Assembly: GCA_038087875.1 (NCBI GenBank)
Contig: CM075981.1
Coordinates: 930,001 to 994,000 of the forward strand
Direction: 5' to 3'
Length of the DNA: 64,000 bases
Source: Malacoraja senta
Lineage: Eukaryota
Under the pieces are notes generated by a model. That model did no database searches, was not told where the DNA came from, and saw nothing but the letters and a program-made list of their open reading frames with translations. A program made the translations under genes and the position numbers. Below, one piece after another: positions 45,054 through 57,783 of the stretch (position 1 is the first letter of the stretch; every line of letters begins with the position of its first letter).

Positions 45054-47266
45054 GTAAGTAACAGCTTGATTTGGACGTTCATGTGACCCGACTCTACGGG
45101 AAGTACGAGATAGTCACAAAGTGCTGGAGTAAGTCAGCGGGTCAGACTGAAGAAAAGTCTCGACCGGAAACGTGACCCATACCTTCTATCCAGAGATGCT
45201 GCCTGTCCCTCTGAGTTACTCCAGCATTTTGTGTCTATCTTCGGTGTAAACCAGCATCTGCAGTTCCTTCCTTTACATATGCTGGAAATACTTAGCAGGT
45301 GTGTCGAGAAAAATAGTTATCCTAAAACCTCACTCTATCTCTCTCCCCACAGATGTGGCGTGATCACCTGATTATTTTTTTGTTTTTCATGTTACCAAAG
45401 ACCTGGGTTCGATCCTGACTAAGGGGTCTGTCTGTACGGAGTTTGTACTTTCTCCCTGTGACCGCAAGAGTTTTCTCCCAGTGCTCAGGTTTCCTCCAAC
45501 ATCCCAAAGACGCACAGGTTTGTGGGTTAATTGGCCTCTATAAATAGGGAATATGGACTATGTAAATTATCCCAAGTGTGTAAGATACTAGGTCAGCATG
45601 GACACGTTGGGCCGAAGGGCCAGGTTCCATGCTCTACCTTAAACTAAACTAAACTAAACTAAAGTAACAGTGTCAAAGTGCAAAGGGACCCTTTCTATTT
45701 ATAAAATATTGTTTTATTGCTTGCTTGCACTCACTAACAGCAGCCAAGCAATAATGCCAAAACAATTGTCTCCATTTTACAACACTTCCTCTTATTTAAA
45801 GTTCAGATATTAAATTGTTTGACGTCTCAGTTCCTCTTGGGCTGAGGCTTAATCTTGCAATAAGTAGACATTTCCTTCTTGTTCTTGGACTTCAACCATG
45901 CATATTTGTCAAAGTCATCAGCATGCCATATTAATAATTTCTTGCGACCAAGTTATTTTTTTCAAATGTTATTACTGATGCTCAGATGCATGAGCGAAGG
46001 CCAACATTGACTGTCTTCATTCACCAGATCATTTCAGGTAATCTAGGATTATTGCTTTACTAGTTTAGTTTAGTCCAATGAAGCCCAATTATTGATCGTT
46101 CAAGGGTGTAAATAGGAGGTCAGGACTGCGCTCTAGCTAGTGAGAGGATGGGTCAGTTGCCTGATAACAGTTGGGAAGAAAACTGCCTTTGAATCTAGAG
46201 CATTGGGTTCAGTTTCTGTACCTCGTGCCCAATAGTAGACAGGTAAAGAAGGAGTGACTGGGATGAAACTGGTCCATGATTATGCTGGTGGCCTGTAATG
46301 GTCAGCTGGATGGTTGACAGGGAGGAGAAGGCTTTTGACCCCAGGGCGGATATGGATGGACAAATCAGTAGGGCAGAAAAGTGGCAAAGACAGTTTAATC
46401 CAGAGAAGTGAGAGGAATTACATTTGACAAAGAGATCAAAATAAAGACATTAATAAATCGATGTTGAGGGAGTGTGGAGGAACAGAAGGACATTGAAGAA
46501 TATTCTCACAGCTCATTAAATGCAACATGACAATTAGTTAGTTTAGAGATACAGCCTGGAACAGGCCCTTCGGTCCACCATTTCGAAGCCGACCAGCGAC
46601 TAGTTCTATCCTACACCCTTGGGGTAATTTACAGAAGCCAATTAACTTACAAACCTACTCATCTTTGGATTGTGGGAGGAAACTGGAGCACCCAGGGGAA
46701 ACCCATGCGGTCACAGGGAGAACGTACAAATTCCATACAGACAGCACCTGTAGACAGGATCAATCCTGGATCTTTGGCGCTGTAAGGAAGCCACCCTTCT
46801 GCTGTGCCACTGTGCTGCCCAACTAGTGTAAACAGTTAGGACCAAAGAACTGCAGGTGCTGGTTTGTACCAAATATAGAAACAAAGTGCTGGAGTAACTT
46901 AGAAGGGTTACATGAACAAATCAAAATTCCCCCCTCAGCTGTCTCCACCAAACACTTGTTATGCTGCCTGTCCTGCTGAGTTACTCCAGCATTTTGTGTC
47001 TACCTTCCACCTGTCACTTGCCAGGCTTTATCCCATCTCCACCTCTCTTCCAGCTTTCCCCACCCTATTTTAATCAGGCTGAAGAAGGGTCCCAACCCGA
47101 CACGTCACGTGTCCATTCCCTCCACAGATGCTGCCAGATCTGCTGAGTTACATCGGCACTTTGTGTTTGACTCAAGGGTAAGTGAATGTCCAGACACGGG
47201 TTGGACCATTCGGCCTATCGTTGGTTAGGGGAAGAGTGGGTGAGCCATCAAACGCTGTGTTAAGTA

Positions 47267-50100
47267 TTAAAGAAGGAACTGCAGATGCTGGAAAATCGAA
47301 GGTACACAAAAATGCTGGAGAAACTCAGCGGGTGCAGCAGCATCTATGGAGCGAAGGAAATAGGCAATGTTTCGGGCCGAAACCCTTCTTCAGACTGATA
47401 GGAGGTGGGGAGATGAAAGGAAAAAAGGAAAAGCGGCGGAGGAGGAGCCAGAGGGCTGGGGGATGGGAGGACACAACCAGAGGGCTGATGAAGGGGAGGG
47501 GACAGCAACGGCTAGCAGAGTTGGGAGAATTCAATGTTCATGCCCCAAGGATGTAGACTGCCCAAGCGGAATATGCGGTGCATTTCCTCCAATTTCCGGT
47601 GTTGCTCGCTGTGCCCATGGAGGAGACGCAGGACAGAGAGGTCAGATACGGAATGGGAGGGGGAGTTGAAGTGCTGAGCCACCGGGAGGTCAGGTAGGTT
47701 ATTGCGGACCGACCGGAGGTGTTCGGCGAAACGATCGCCAAGCCTCCGCTTGGTCTCACCGATGTAGATCAGCTGACATCTAGAGCAGCGGATGCAATAG
47801 ATGAGGTTGGAGGAGATGCAGGTGAACCTCTGTCGCACCTGGAACGACTGCTTGGGTCCTTGAATGGAATCGAGGGGGGAGGTGAAGGGACAAGTGTTGC
47901 ATCTCTTGCGGTTGCAAGGGAAAGTACCCGGGGAGGGGGTGGTACAGGAGGGAAGGGAAGAATTGACAAGGGAGTTACGGAGGGAGCGGTCTTTGCGGAA
48001 GGCAGACATGGGAGGAGATGGGAAGATGTGGCGAACGGTGGGGTCACGTTGGAGGTGGCGAAACTGACGGAGGATCACTTGTTGTATGTGGCGGCAGGTG
48101 GGATGAAAGGTGAGGAATAGGGGGACTCTGCCCTTGTTGTGAGTGGGAGGATGGGGAGAGAGAGCAGTGTTGCGGGGTATGGCAGAGACCCTGGTGCGAG
48201 CCTCATCTATGGTGGAGGAGGGGAACCCCCGTTCCCTGAAGAATGAGGACATTTCGGATGCCCTGGTGTGGAACGCCTCATCCTGGGAGCAGATGCGGAG
48301 TAGACGGAGGAATTGAGAGTGGGGGATGGAGTCCTTACAGGAAGCAGGGTGGGAAGAAGTGTAGTCCAGATAGCCATGGGAGTCAGTAGGTTTGTAGTGG
48401 ATGTCGGTATGAAGTCTATCACCTGCGATGGAGATAGTGAGGTCAAGGAATGGTAGGGAAGTGTCGGAAATGGTCCAGGTGTATTTGAGTGCCGGATGGA
48501 AGTTGGTGGTGAAGCGGTTGAAGTCAGTCAGTTGTGTGTGGGTGCAGGAGGTGGCACCAAAACAGTCATCGATGTAGCGGAGGTAGAAGTCGGGGATGGG
48601 GCCCTGGTACGTATTGAACAAGGATTGTTCTACGTACCCGACAAACAGGCAGGCGTAGCTGGGGCCCATGCGTGTGCCCATAGCTACGCCTTGTATTTGC
48701 AGGAAATGGGAGGAGTCAAATGAGAAGTTATTGAGGGCAAGGACCAGCTCCACTAGTGGGAGGAGGGTGTCAGTGGCCGGGTATAGGTTGCTTCTTCGGT
48801 CGAGGAAAAACCGGAGGGCTTCGAGACCATCCTGGTGGGGGATGGAGGTGTACAATGACTGGATGTCCATGGTGAAGATGAGGCGGTGAGGGCCTAGAGA
48901 GTGGAATGCGCGCAGATGACGGAGAGTGTCTGAGGTGTCTTGAACATAGGTAGGGAGGGATTTAACCAAGGGGGATAGGATGGAGTCGAGGTAGGCGGAG
49001 ATGAGTTCGGTGGGGCACGAACAGGCAGAGACAATGGGTCTACCGGGACAGTCACGTTTGTGGATTTTGGGGAGAAGGTAAAATCGGGCCTTGCGGGGCT
49101 GGGGAACGATGAGGTTGGAGGCTCGGTCGGGCAGGGCGTGGGAGTGGATGAAGTCGGTGATGGTGCTGGAGATGGTGGCCTGGTGCTCGTCAGTGGGGTC
49201 ATGGTCCAGGGGTATGTAGGAGGAGGTGTCCGAGAGTTGGCGCGTGGCCTCAGCTTTGTAGAGATCGACGCGCCAGACTACCACGACACCTCCCTTGTCG
49301 GCGGGTTTGATAACCCAATCTAGGTTGTTGCGGAGTGAGTCGATGGCAGTGCGTTCAGGGGGGGAGAGATTGGAGTGAGACGGGGAGTGGAGAAGTTGAG
49401 GCGGTTGATGTCACTGCGGCAGTTTTTGATGAAGAGTTCTAAAGCCGGAAGGCTACGAGGGGGGTTCCACGAGGAGGGGGTGCGTTGGAGACAGGAAAAG
49501 GGGTCATCAGTGGGGGGCGAGGACTCCTTCCCATGGAAGTGCGCTGTGAGGCGAAGGCGACGGTAGAAGCGTTCCAAGTCATGGAGGGCGCGGAACTCAT
49601 TGAGGTGGGGATGGAGGGGGAGAAAGGTAAGACCTCTGCTGTGGACAGACCGTTCGATGTCAGAGAGGGGGAGGTTGGGGGGGATGGTGAACACCCGGCA
49701 GGGATGAGGGTTGGGGCCGGAGGAAGGCAGGTGGGTGGAATGGGGACGAGGCGATGTGTGGTGGGGGGGTGGTGGGTGGTGGGCGGGTGGTGGGTGGTGA
49801 GGGGGTGAGAGGGCTGTAGTGTGGGTGGGGAAGAGAAGGGGTCCCATAGTTGGAGAAGGATGGTGAAGTATCAGTGGAACTAACACTGTGGACTAGGCAG
49901 ACTAGCGCTAGGACCCAGTGGAGTCAAACCCAGGAGGGTGGGAGTGAGCAGCGTGGAGGCTTCAGGCCCAGTACACAGACCAGTCTGCAGGTGAGGCGAC
50001 GGCTGTGGGCTGCTGGAGGGAGGTTCAGTGGCGAGGGTCCGCGGACCCGACGGTAGGAGTCCTCGGGCAGTGGAGTCGGGGTCGGCGGGGCTAGTAGATT
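47267..50100 (-). mobile_element. Penelope-like element with an uninterrupted 590-aa RT + GIY-YIG frame
   Basis: ORF 47512-49284; TSD tgtgttaagta at 47256-47266 and 50101-50111. Confidence 0.95.
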
Positions 50101-51227
50101 TGTGTTAAGTAGATTTGTCCTGTACATTTTCTGAAGATTTTTCCTCTCAGTTTCAGGTGGACTGTCACTGTGGGGAAATAAATATGTAGAAGGAGTTGTG
50201 GGAAAAGATATCACAATCGATTGTCACTATAAAGCATGGTACCGCTCACACATTAAATACTGGTGTGACGGGTGGGATATCGCGTGTTTAATTGTAGTGG
50301 AAACAAATGGGCAACACGGACGGAGCGGAAGAGTGTCAATCACAGATAACCAGGCACAAGGAATATTTACTGTGACTGTGGAGCATCTTCACTCTGGAGA
50401 TACAGGATGGTACAGATGTGGAATTGCTGCACCTGGCGTTGATCCATGGTTTAACGTTCATCTCCAAGTATCTGAAGGTACGTTTTACATTTATACCAAG
50501 CCAATTAACCTGTAAACCTGTACGTTTTGGAGTGTGGGAGGAAACCGAAGTTTTCAGAGAAAACCCACGCAGGTCACGGGGAGAATCTACAAACTCCAGA
50601 CAGACAAGGCCCCCGTGGTCATGATCGAACCCGGGTCCCTGGCGCTGTAAGGCAGCAATTCTACAGCTGTACCACCGTGCTGCCCTAAATGATGTACCAA
50701 AGGGATCCATGCCGGGATCACAATGCTGTTTGGCCGAATTCTGTTCTTACCCCTCCTGGGAGTTTACAGATGACGCCCCTGGATCTTGAATAATGACGAA
50801 ACGGCAAACAGGGAATTGTCTTTTATTGTGTAGGAAAGAACTGCAGATGCTGGTTTAATCGAAGATAGACACAAAATCTGTAGAGAAGATAGATTCGTCA
50901 CTGGGTGGCGCCGAGATGGCAGCCTCGCCAAATCCTGTGTGTTATTTCAACATTTTTGTTATTTTTACTGTTTCTAAAATGTATGTTTTAATGTTTCGAC
51001 CGTGGGGCTTGTGGACTTTAACACCATGAAGCCGCGGTCTCCAGTTAGAAAAGGCCGATTCGGGAGATCCATTCCGCGGAGTGTTTCCGTTCCGCCCCGA
51101 CGCTGGAGTCTCCATCATCCCGACGAGAGGGCTTGAACATCGGCCCGTCGGCAGAGGCAGTGCTGAGGGTTCAAGGCCCCGACCACCACGGGTGAACAAA
51201 GGAGGAAGATGACTGAACTTTATTGCC
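47551..51227. repeat. Inverted repeat, left arm (unit 2)
   Basis: Reverse complement of 56654-60338. Confidence 0.95.
50151..50477 (+). CDS. Receptor copy 2, exon 2 (Ig V domain)
   Basis: 327 nt with the same splice sites; 10 nt and 7 aa differences from copy 1. Confidence 0.93.
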
Positions 51228-51577
51228 TTCCATCACAGTTGCGAATGATGATTCCCCTGTGGTGGATGTTTTTGTTAAAATTATTGTGTATTGCGTTATT
51301 CTTTTTAACTTGTATGGCTGTATGATAACTCAAATATCACTGTACCTTTATTGGTGCACGTGACAATAAATGTGAACTTGAACTTGAAATGCTGGAGTAA
51401 CTCAGCGGGACAGGCAGCATTCTGGAGGGAAGGAATGGGTGACGTTTCCGCCCGAGACCCATCGTCAGACCCGAAACTTCACCCATTCCTTCTCTCCAGA
51501 GATGCTGCCTGTCCCGCTGAGTTACTCCAGCATGTTTTGTCTATCTTTAATTGACTTTTATTTCCTTTTCTCAACAG

Positions 51578-51686
51578 AACCTAAATCTAATTCTGAATCG
51601 TCAACAACAGTAGCATTTACTTCAACTACAAAAGTAACACCTGAAAACAAATCTCAGGAAACCCCTGCGCCCAGTTTCGATAACAA
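51578..51686 (+). CDS. Receptor copy 2, exon 3 (stalk)
   Basis: Identical to 11005-11113. Confidence 0.8.
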
Positions 51687-52892
51687 GTATAATTTTCACT
51701 TGCTCAAGTTTTGATTGGCCTTGCTTTTCAATATGAGGGGTGGAGACACAAGGAACTGTTGAAACATACATAGATACATAGATAGATAGACAATAGGTGC
51801 AGGAGTAGGCCATTCAGCCCTTCGAGCCAGCACTGCCATTCAATGTGATCATGGCTGATCATCCACAATTAGTACCCCGTTCCTGCCTTGTCCCCATATC
51901 TCTTGATTCCGCTAGCCCTAAGAACTCTATCTAACTCTCTTTTGAATTTATCCAGTGAATCGGCCTGCACTGCCTTCTGAGGCAAAGAATTCCACAACTC
52001 TCTGGGTGAAAAGGTTTTCCTCATCTCAGTTCTAAATGGGCTACCCCTTATTCTTAAAATGTGGCCCCTGGTTCCGGACTCCCCCAACATCGGGAACATG
52101 TTTCCTGCATCTCGCGTGTCCAATCCCTTAATAATTTTGTATGTGTCTATAAGATGCCCTCTCATCCTTCTAAATTCCAGTGAATACAAGCCCAGTCGCT
52201 CCATTCTTTCATCATATGACACTCCCACCATCCCGGGAATTAACCTCACTGGATGCTGGAACCTTGAGTACAACACAAAGTACTGGAGTAAATCTAGCTT
52301 GTCAAGGGTGGCATGGTGGTGCAGCGGTAGAGTTGCTGCCTTACAATGCATAATCAAGGACCACCCACCCTGGTCACTCCCTCTTTTCCCCTCTCCCATC
52401 AGGCAAGTTGTATGGAGGTTTGAAAACGCACACCTGCAGAGTCAGGGACATTTTCTTCCCAGCAGTTATCAGGCAACTGAACCATCCACTCGCCAGCTGG
52501 AAAGCGATCCTGACCTCCCATCTACCTCATTGGCGACCTTCCAACTATCTTTAATCATCTGGTGACATAGGATTAAAGATCAACTAAGCTGGTGCATGCT
52601 GGTGTTTACATACCACTCGTCACTTCTCCCATCTTTTCTTTTCTAACTTTATCAACGCTGGACACAAAGTGCTGGAGTACCTCAGCGAGTCAGGCAGCAT
52701 CTCTGAAGAACATGGATAGGTGAGGTTTTGGGTCGAGATCCTGGATGGTGGAATTTCCCAGCTGAACTCCCTGGGCTCTGTTGCTGTACCCTGCTCCATG
52801 CAGAGATTTCACAGCAATCAGGATATTAATGTTTCCAACATGAACAATCTTTTTTCCTCGCACTGATTCTAGATCTTTCCCCCTTTGCTCAG

Positions 52893-52983
52893 TTACATTA
52901 TATGGACGGTGGGACGCTGGCTGTACTTCGCTCTGCTTGGGATCTGCAGTATCTCAGTCTCATTGTTCACAAGTATAAGGAAG
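52893..52983 (+). CDS. Receptor copy 2, exon 4 (transmembrane, Arg)
   Basis: Identical to 12320-12410. Confidence 0.85.
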
Positions 52984-53886
52984 GTATGTTTTGCGGATAT
53001 CATCAGAATCGCTGAATGCTTCCAAATGATCTCCATTAATACCTTCAAACATGCTGATAAAATAAAACAAACGAAAAGTGTTTAGAAAAGGTATTTCACA
53101 AATACAGGCCAAACCAATGCTCTACGAAGATGATATCAATAGGTCTTGACAAGATGTTTGTGTGCAGAATGAACTGAAGTGTTTGACGTAGATGTTGTAG
53201 CGTCATTGAATCGGAGAAATACAGCACGGAAACAGGCCCTTTGGCCCATTGTGGCCACGCAGACCATCATATCTGAACCCCAGTTCCCTCCCTTGTACTT
53301 TCAGTTTGAAGAACGGTCCCGACCTGAAATGTCACCCATCCTTTTTCTCCAGAGATCTTGCCTGACTTGCTGGGTTACTCCAGCACTTTGTATCTATCAG
53401 GCCATTGATCACCCATACACATTAGTTCTATGTTATCCCATTCTCTCATTGCAACTCCCAACACACTAGGGGAAATTCACACTGGCCAATTAATTTGCAA
53501 AACCACAAGTCTTTGGGAGGTGGGAGGAAACTGGAGCTAGCAGTTTTATGTTTATATTTAAATTTATTTATTATTGTTATGTCTATTTTCTTTTTTTATG
53601 TGCTGCATTGGCAATAAGCATTTCACTACACCAATTGGTGTATGTGACTAATAAAGAACCGTTGAACCTTTGAGACCCACATGGCCACAGCGAGAACATG
53701 CAAACTCCACACAGATAGCACCAAAGTCAAAATCCAAGCAAATTCTTGGACACTGTGAGGTAGCAGCTCTATCCGCTGCATCACTGTGCCAATTGGAAGC
53801 AGAATTCTGTTGTGAGTGGCCTTGTGAAATAAAGCACAATTTCCCGAGTTAATGAATCTGATGACTTCAACATTTTTTTTTTGCAG

Positions 53887-53922
53887 GGACCCAATGAACC
53901 GAAACCTCACAGCTTTCCGTAG
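53887..53922 (+). CDS. Receptor copy 2, exon 5 (short tail)
   Basis: Identical to 13314-13349. Confidence 0.65.
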   Translation, partial: GPNEPKPHSFP

Positions 53923-56900
53923 AAGGCAGAATGAAGATCCACTGGTGATAGTGACTGAGAAACAACTCTCCAACAAGACCAAATGATCATTATTATTTTG
54001 AATGAATGAATGAATGAATGAATGCTTTATTGTCACATGTGACAAGTCGCAGTGTAATTCTTTGCTTGCTAACCCAAGGTATGAAAATAGTCACCCATAA
54101 AGGGCATTGACAAAGTGTTTTTCAATTTGCTTTCATAATAGACTGCACAGAATTAATGTTTCTTCTGCTAAAACTATTAACTTAGTTCACTCAATATTCA
54201 CTCAGTAAAGGTGCCATCAAAACAATGTTGCAAGCCTTTATAGCAATGACATTATTTTGTGTTGTGTAGCATGATATTGCAGTCATGAGGAATAAATTGT
54301 ATTAAATCCTGGAAATGCCTCATGGTTTTAACTGTGAAGAATATTTGGAAGAGGGAAACTATAAGCTATGACATCCCATCAGATCAATTGTTCTGGAAGT
54401 ACTTTTTCTCATGAGAACATCATTGTAATATACATTGCTGAGCAGTTTTCAAGTCACGTCTGGCTTATTCTTATATGCATGTATGGTGAGGTGCAGGTAC
54501 AATGAAAATCACACTTGTGGCAACGTCACAGGCCCATACACGTAGACACACAAAAATATAAATGATACATAGGGTGTTCAGCGGTGGAGTTGCTGCCTTC
54601 ATTTCAGCGCCAGAGACGCGGGTTCGATCCTGACTACGGGTGCTGTCTGTACAGAGTTTTTATGTTCTCCCCATGACCAAGTGGGTTTTCTCTGAGATCT
54701 TTGGTTTCTTCCCACACTCCAAAGACGTGCAGGTTTGTAGGTTAATTGGCTTCGGTAAAATTGTAAATTGACCCTAGTGTGTACAGGATAGTGCTGGTGA
54801 GAGGAGGGGATCACTGGTTAGCGTGAACTAGGTGGGCCAAAGGTCCCGTTTCCATGCTGTATCTCTAAACTAAACTTAACTCAACTAAGATGTCCAATTC
54901 TACTGAATAAAAGTCACCATATCTCTCAAGCTAATTGGCACTTTACTCAAAGCAATGGGTTCCATCTGACAATCTTGTTCTCTTTATTCATTGCATGTGA
55001 AAACAGTTGAGACTTAATTTTATTTCCTTGCCTCAACAGAACTTGAATAATCTTATGAAGGAATGATGAATGAATAGGTTTATTGACCAAATATTCACAT
55101 ACAAGGAATTTGCCTTGCTCTGCTCGCAAGTGCAATGTGACATTAGGAATGACACCTAAAACATTAAACATTAACAATAACATATATTTTTATAACAGAA
55201 CCAATGACAACCACACTATCTCCAATTACAAGATTGATATCAACAGTACTCAAAACAAATATAGTGCAAGATATATTCTTGTCATAAATTTTTATACGCA
55301 CTGGAACTGAATCCATGTCAAGGACATTTGGTCGATTTTGTTTTGTTAAACGCAAGTGTCAAGAGTTTGATTGTCATATGTAGCGACAGGGGGGCAATAT
55401 AGTTCTTTGTTTCAGTAGCATAACGAGTCTGCGGATTTATAGAGTTATACAACACGGAAACAGACCCTTCAGCCCAACTTGTCCAAGTCGACCAAGATGC
55501 CCCATCTACTCTAGTTCCTCCTGCCAGCGTTTGGTCCATCTCCTTCTAAACCAGTCCTATTCATGTAACTGTCCAAATGCCTTTAAAATGTTTTTGTAGC
55601 ACCTGCCTCAACTACCTCATCATTTAGCTCATTCCATACACCCACAACTCACTGCGTGAAAAAATGATGCCCCTCAGGAACCTATTAAATATTTTCGCTT
55701 TTACCTGAAGCCTTGTCCCCTGAGTCTTGATTCCCCTACTCTAGGTAAGAGACTTGTTTCTCTTGTTACCCTTGTTTCCCTTTCCCCTAAACCTGTCTGA
55801 AGAAAGGTCTCGACTCTGAAACATATAAGATTGTTAAGGGCTTGGACATGCTAGAGGCAGGAAACATGTTCCCGATGTTGGGGGAGTCCAGAACCAGGGG
55901 CCACAGTTTAAGAATAAGGGGTAAGCCATTTAGAACAGAGAGGAGGAAACACTTTTTCTCACAGAGAGTGGTGAGTCTGTGGAATTCTCTGCTTCAGAGG
56001 GCAGTGGAGGCAGGTTCTCTGGATACTTTCAAGAGAGAGCTAGATAGGCCTCTTAAAGATAGCAGAGTCAGGGGATATCGGGAGAAGGCAGGAATGGGGT
56101 ACTGATTAGGGATGATCAGCCATGATCACATTGAATGGCGGTGCTGGCTCGAAGGGCCAAATGGCCTACTCCTGCACCTATTGTCTATAGTATTGTCTAT
56201 TGTCTAAAACATCACCTATTCCTTTTCTCCAGAGATGCTGCCTGATCCGATGAGTAACTCTAGATTTTTGTGTCTATCTTCAGTTTGAACGAGCATCTGC
56301 AGTTCCTTCCAACACATACCCTATCTATTCCCCTCATTGTGCTTGTAAACACAATGCACACAGTTAATATATAATGTCCAAATATGAATTAGTTGATAAC
56401 TCCAATAAGGACAATAAATAACATGTCCTTAGTCCAACCAAAGACTGTCCATACTTCATAGTTGAGGTTAGTGTGCAGTGTTCAAAAGCCTAATTGTTGC
56501 TGCTGAGAAGCTGTTCTTGAACCTGGAGGTCACGGTTTTCAGGCTCCTGTACCTTCTTCCAAATGGCAAGAGTGAAATGAGAGCATGGTCAGAGTGTCAT
56601 AGAGTCATAGAGTGATACAGTGTGGAAACAGGCCCTTCGGCCCAACTTTATTCGGCAATAAAGTTCAGTCATCTTCCTCCTTTGTTCACCCGTGGTGGTC
56701 GGGGGGCCTTGAACCCTCAGCACTGCCTCTGCCGACGGGCCGATGTTCAAGCCCTCTCGTCGGGATGATGGAGACTCCAGCGTCGGGGCGGAACGGAAAC
56801 ACTCCGCGGAATGGATCTCCCGAATCGGCCTTTTCTAACTGGAGACCGCGGCTTCATGGTGTTAAAGTCCACAAGCCCCACGGTCGAAACATTAAAACAT

Positions 56901-57406
56901 ACATTTTAGAAACAGTAAAAATAACAAAAATGTTGAAATAACACACAGGATTTGGCGAGGCTGCCATCTCGGCGCCACCCAGTGACGCATCTATCTTCTC
57001 TATGGATTTTGTGTCTATCTTCGATTAAACCAGCATCTGCAGTTCTTTCCTACACAACAAAAGACAATTCCCTGTTTGCCGTTTCGTCATTATTCAAGAT
57101 CCAGGGGCGTCATCTGTAAACTCCCAGGAGGGGTAAGAACAGAATTCGGCCAAACAGCATTGTGATCCCGGCACTGATCCCTTTGGTACATCATTTAGGG
57201 CAGCACGGTGGTACAGATGTAGAATGGCTGCCTTACAACGCCAGGGACCCGGGTTCGATCATGACCACGGGGGCCTTGTCTGTCTGGAGTTTGTAGATTC
57301 TCCCCGTGAACTGCGTGGGTTTTCTCTTAAAACTTCGGTTTCCTCCCACACTCCAAAAACGTACAGGTTTACAGGTTAATTGGCTTGGTATAAATGTAAA
57401 ACGTAC

Positions 57407-57733
57407 CTTCAGATACTTGGAGATGAACGTTAAACAATGGATCAACGCCAGGTGTAGTAATTCCACAGCTGTACCATCCTGTATCTCCAGAGTGAAGATG
57501 CTCCACAGTCACAGTAAATATTCCTTGTGTCGGGTTATCTGTGATTGACACTCTTCCGCTCCGTCCATGTTGCCCATTTGTTTCCACTACAATTGAACAC
57601 GCGATATCCCACCCGTGACACCAGTATTTAATGTGTGAGCGGTACCGTGCTTTATAGTGACAATCGATTGTGATATCTTTTCTCACAACTCCTCCTACAT
57701 ATTTCTTTCCCCACAGTGACAGTCCACCTGAAA
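57407..57733 (-). other. Orphan inverted Ig V exon (V2'), open frame and both splice sites intact
   Basis: 327 nt, VSGGLSLWGKKYVGGVVRKDITIDCHYKARYRSHIKYWCHGWDIACSIVVETNG...WYSCGITTPGVDPLFNVHLQVSE. No leader or TM on this strand in the window. Confidence 0.85.
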
Positions 57734-57783
57734 CTGAGAGGAAAAATCTTCAGAAAATGTACAGGACAAATCTACTTAACACA

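Noticed and set aside
50134-50172. CACTGTG heptamer in V1' (and V2') as a cryptic RSS
   Set aside because: It arises from one synonymous change. The best nonamer is 6/9 at a 21-nt spacer and overlaps the polypyrimidine tract, and the position near the exon start makes no sense for V(D)J joining.
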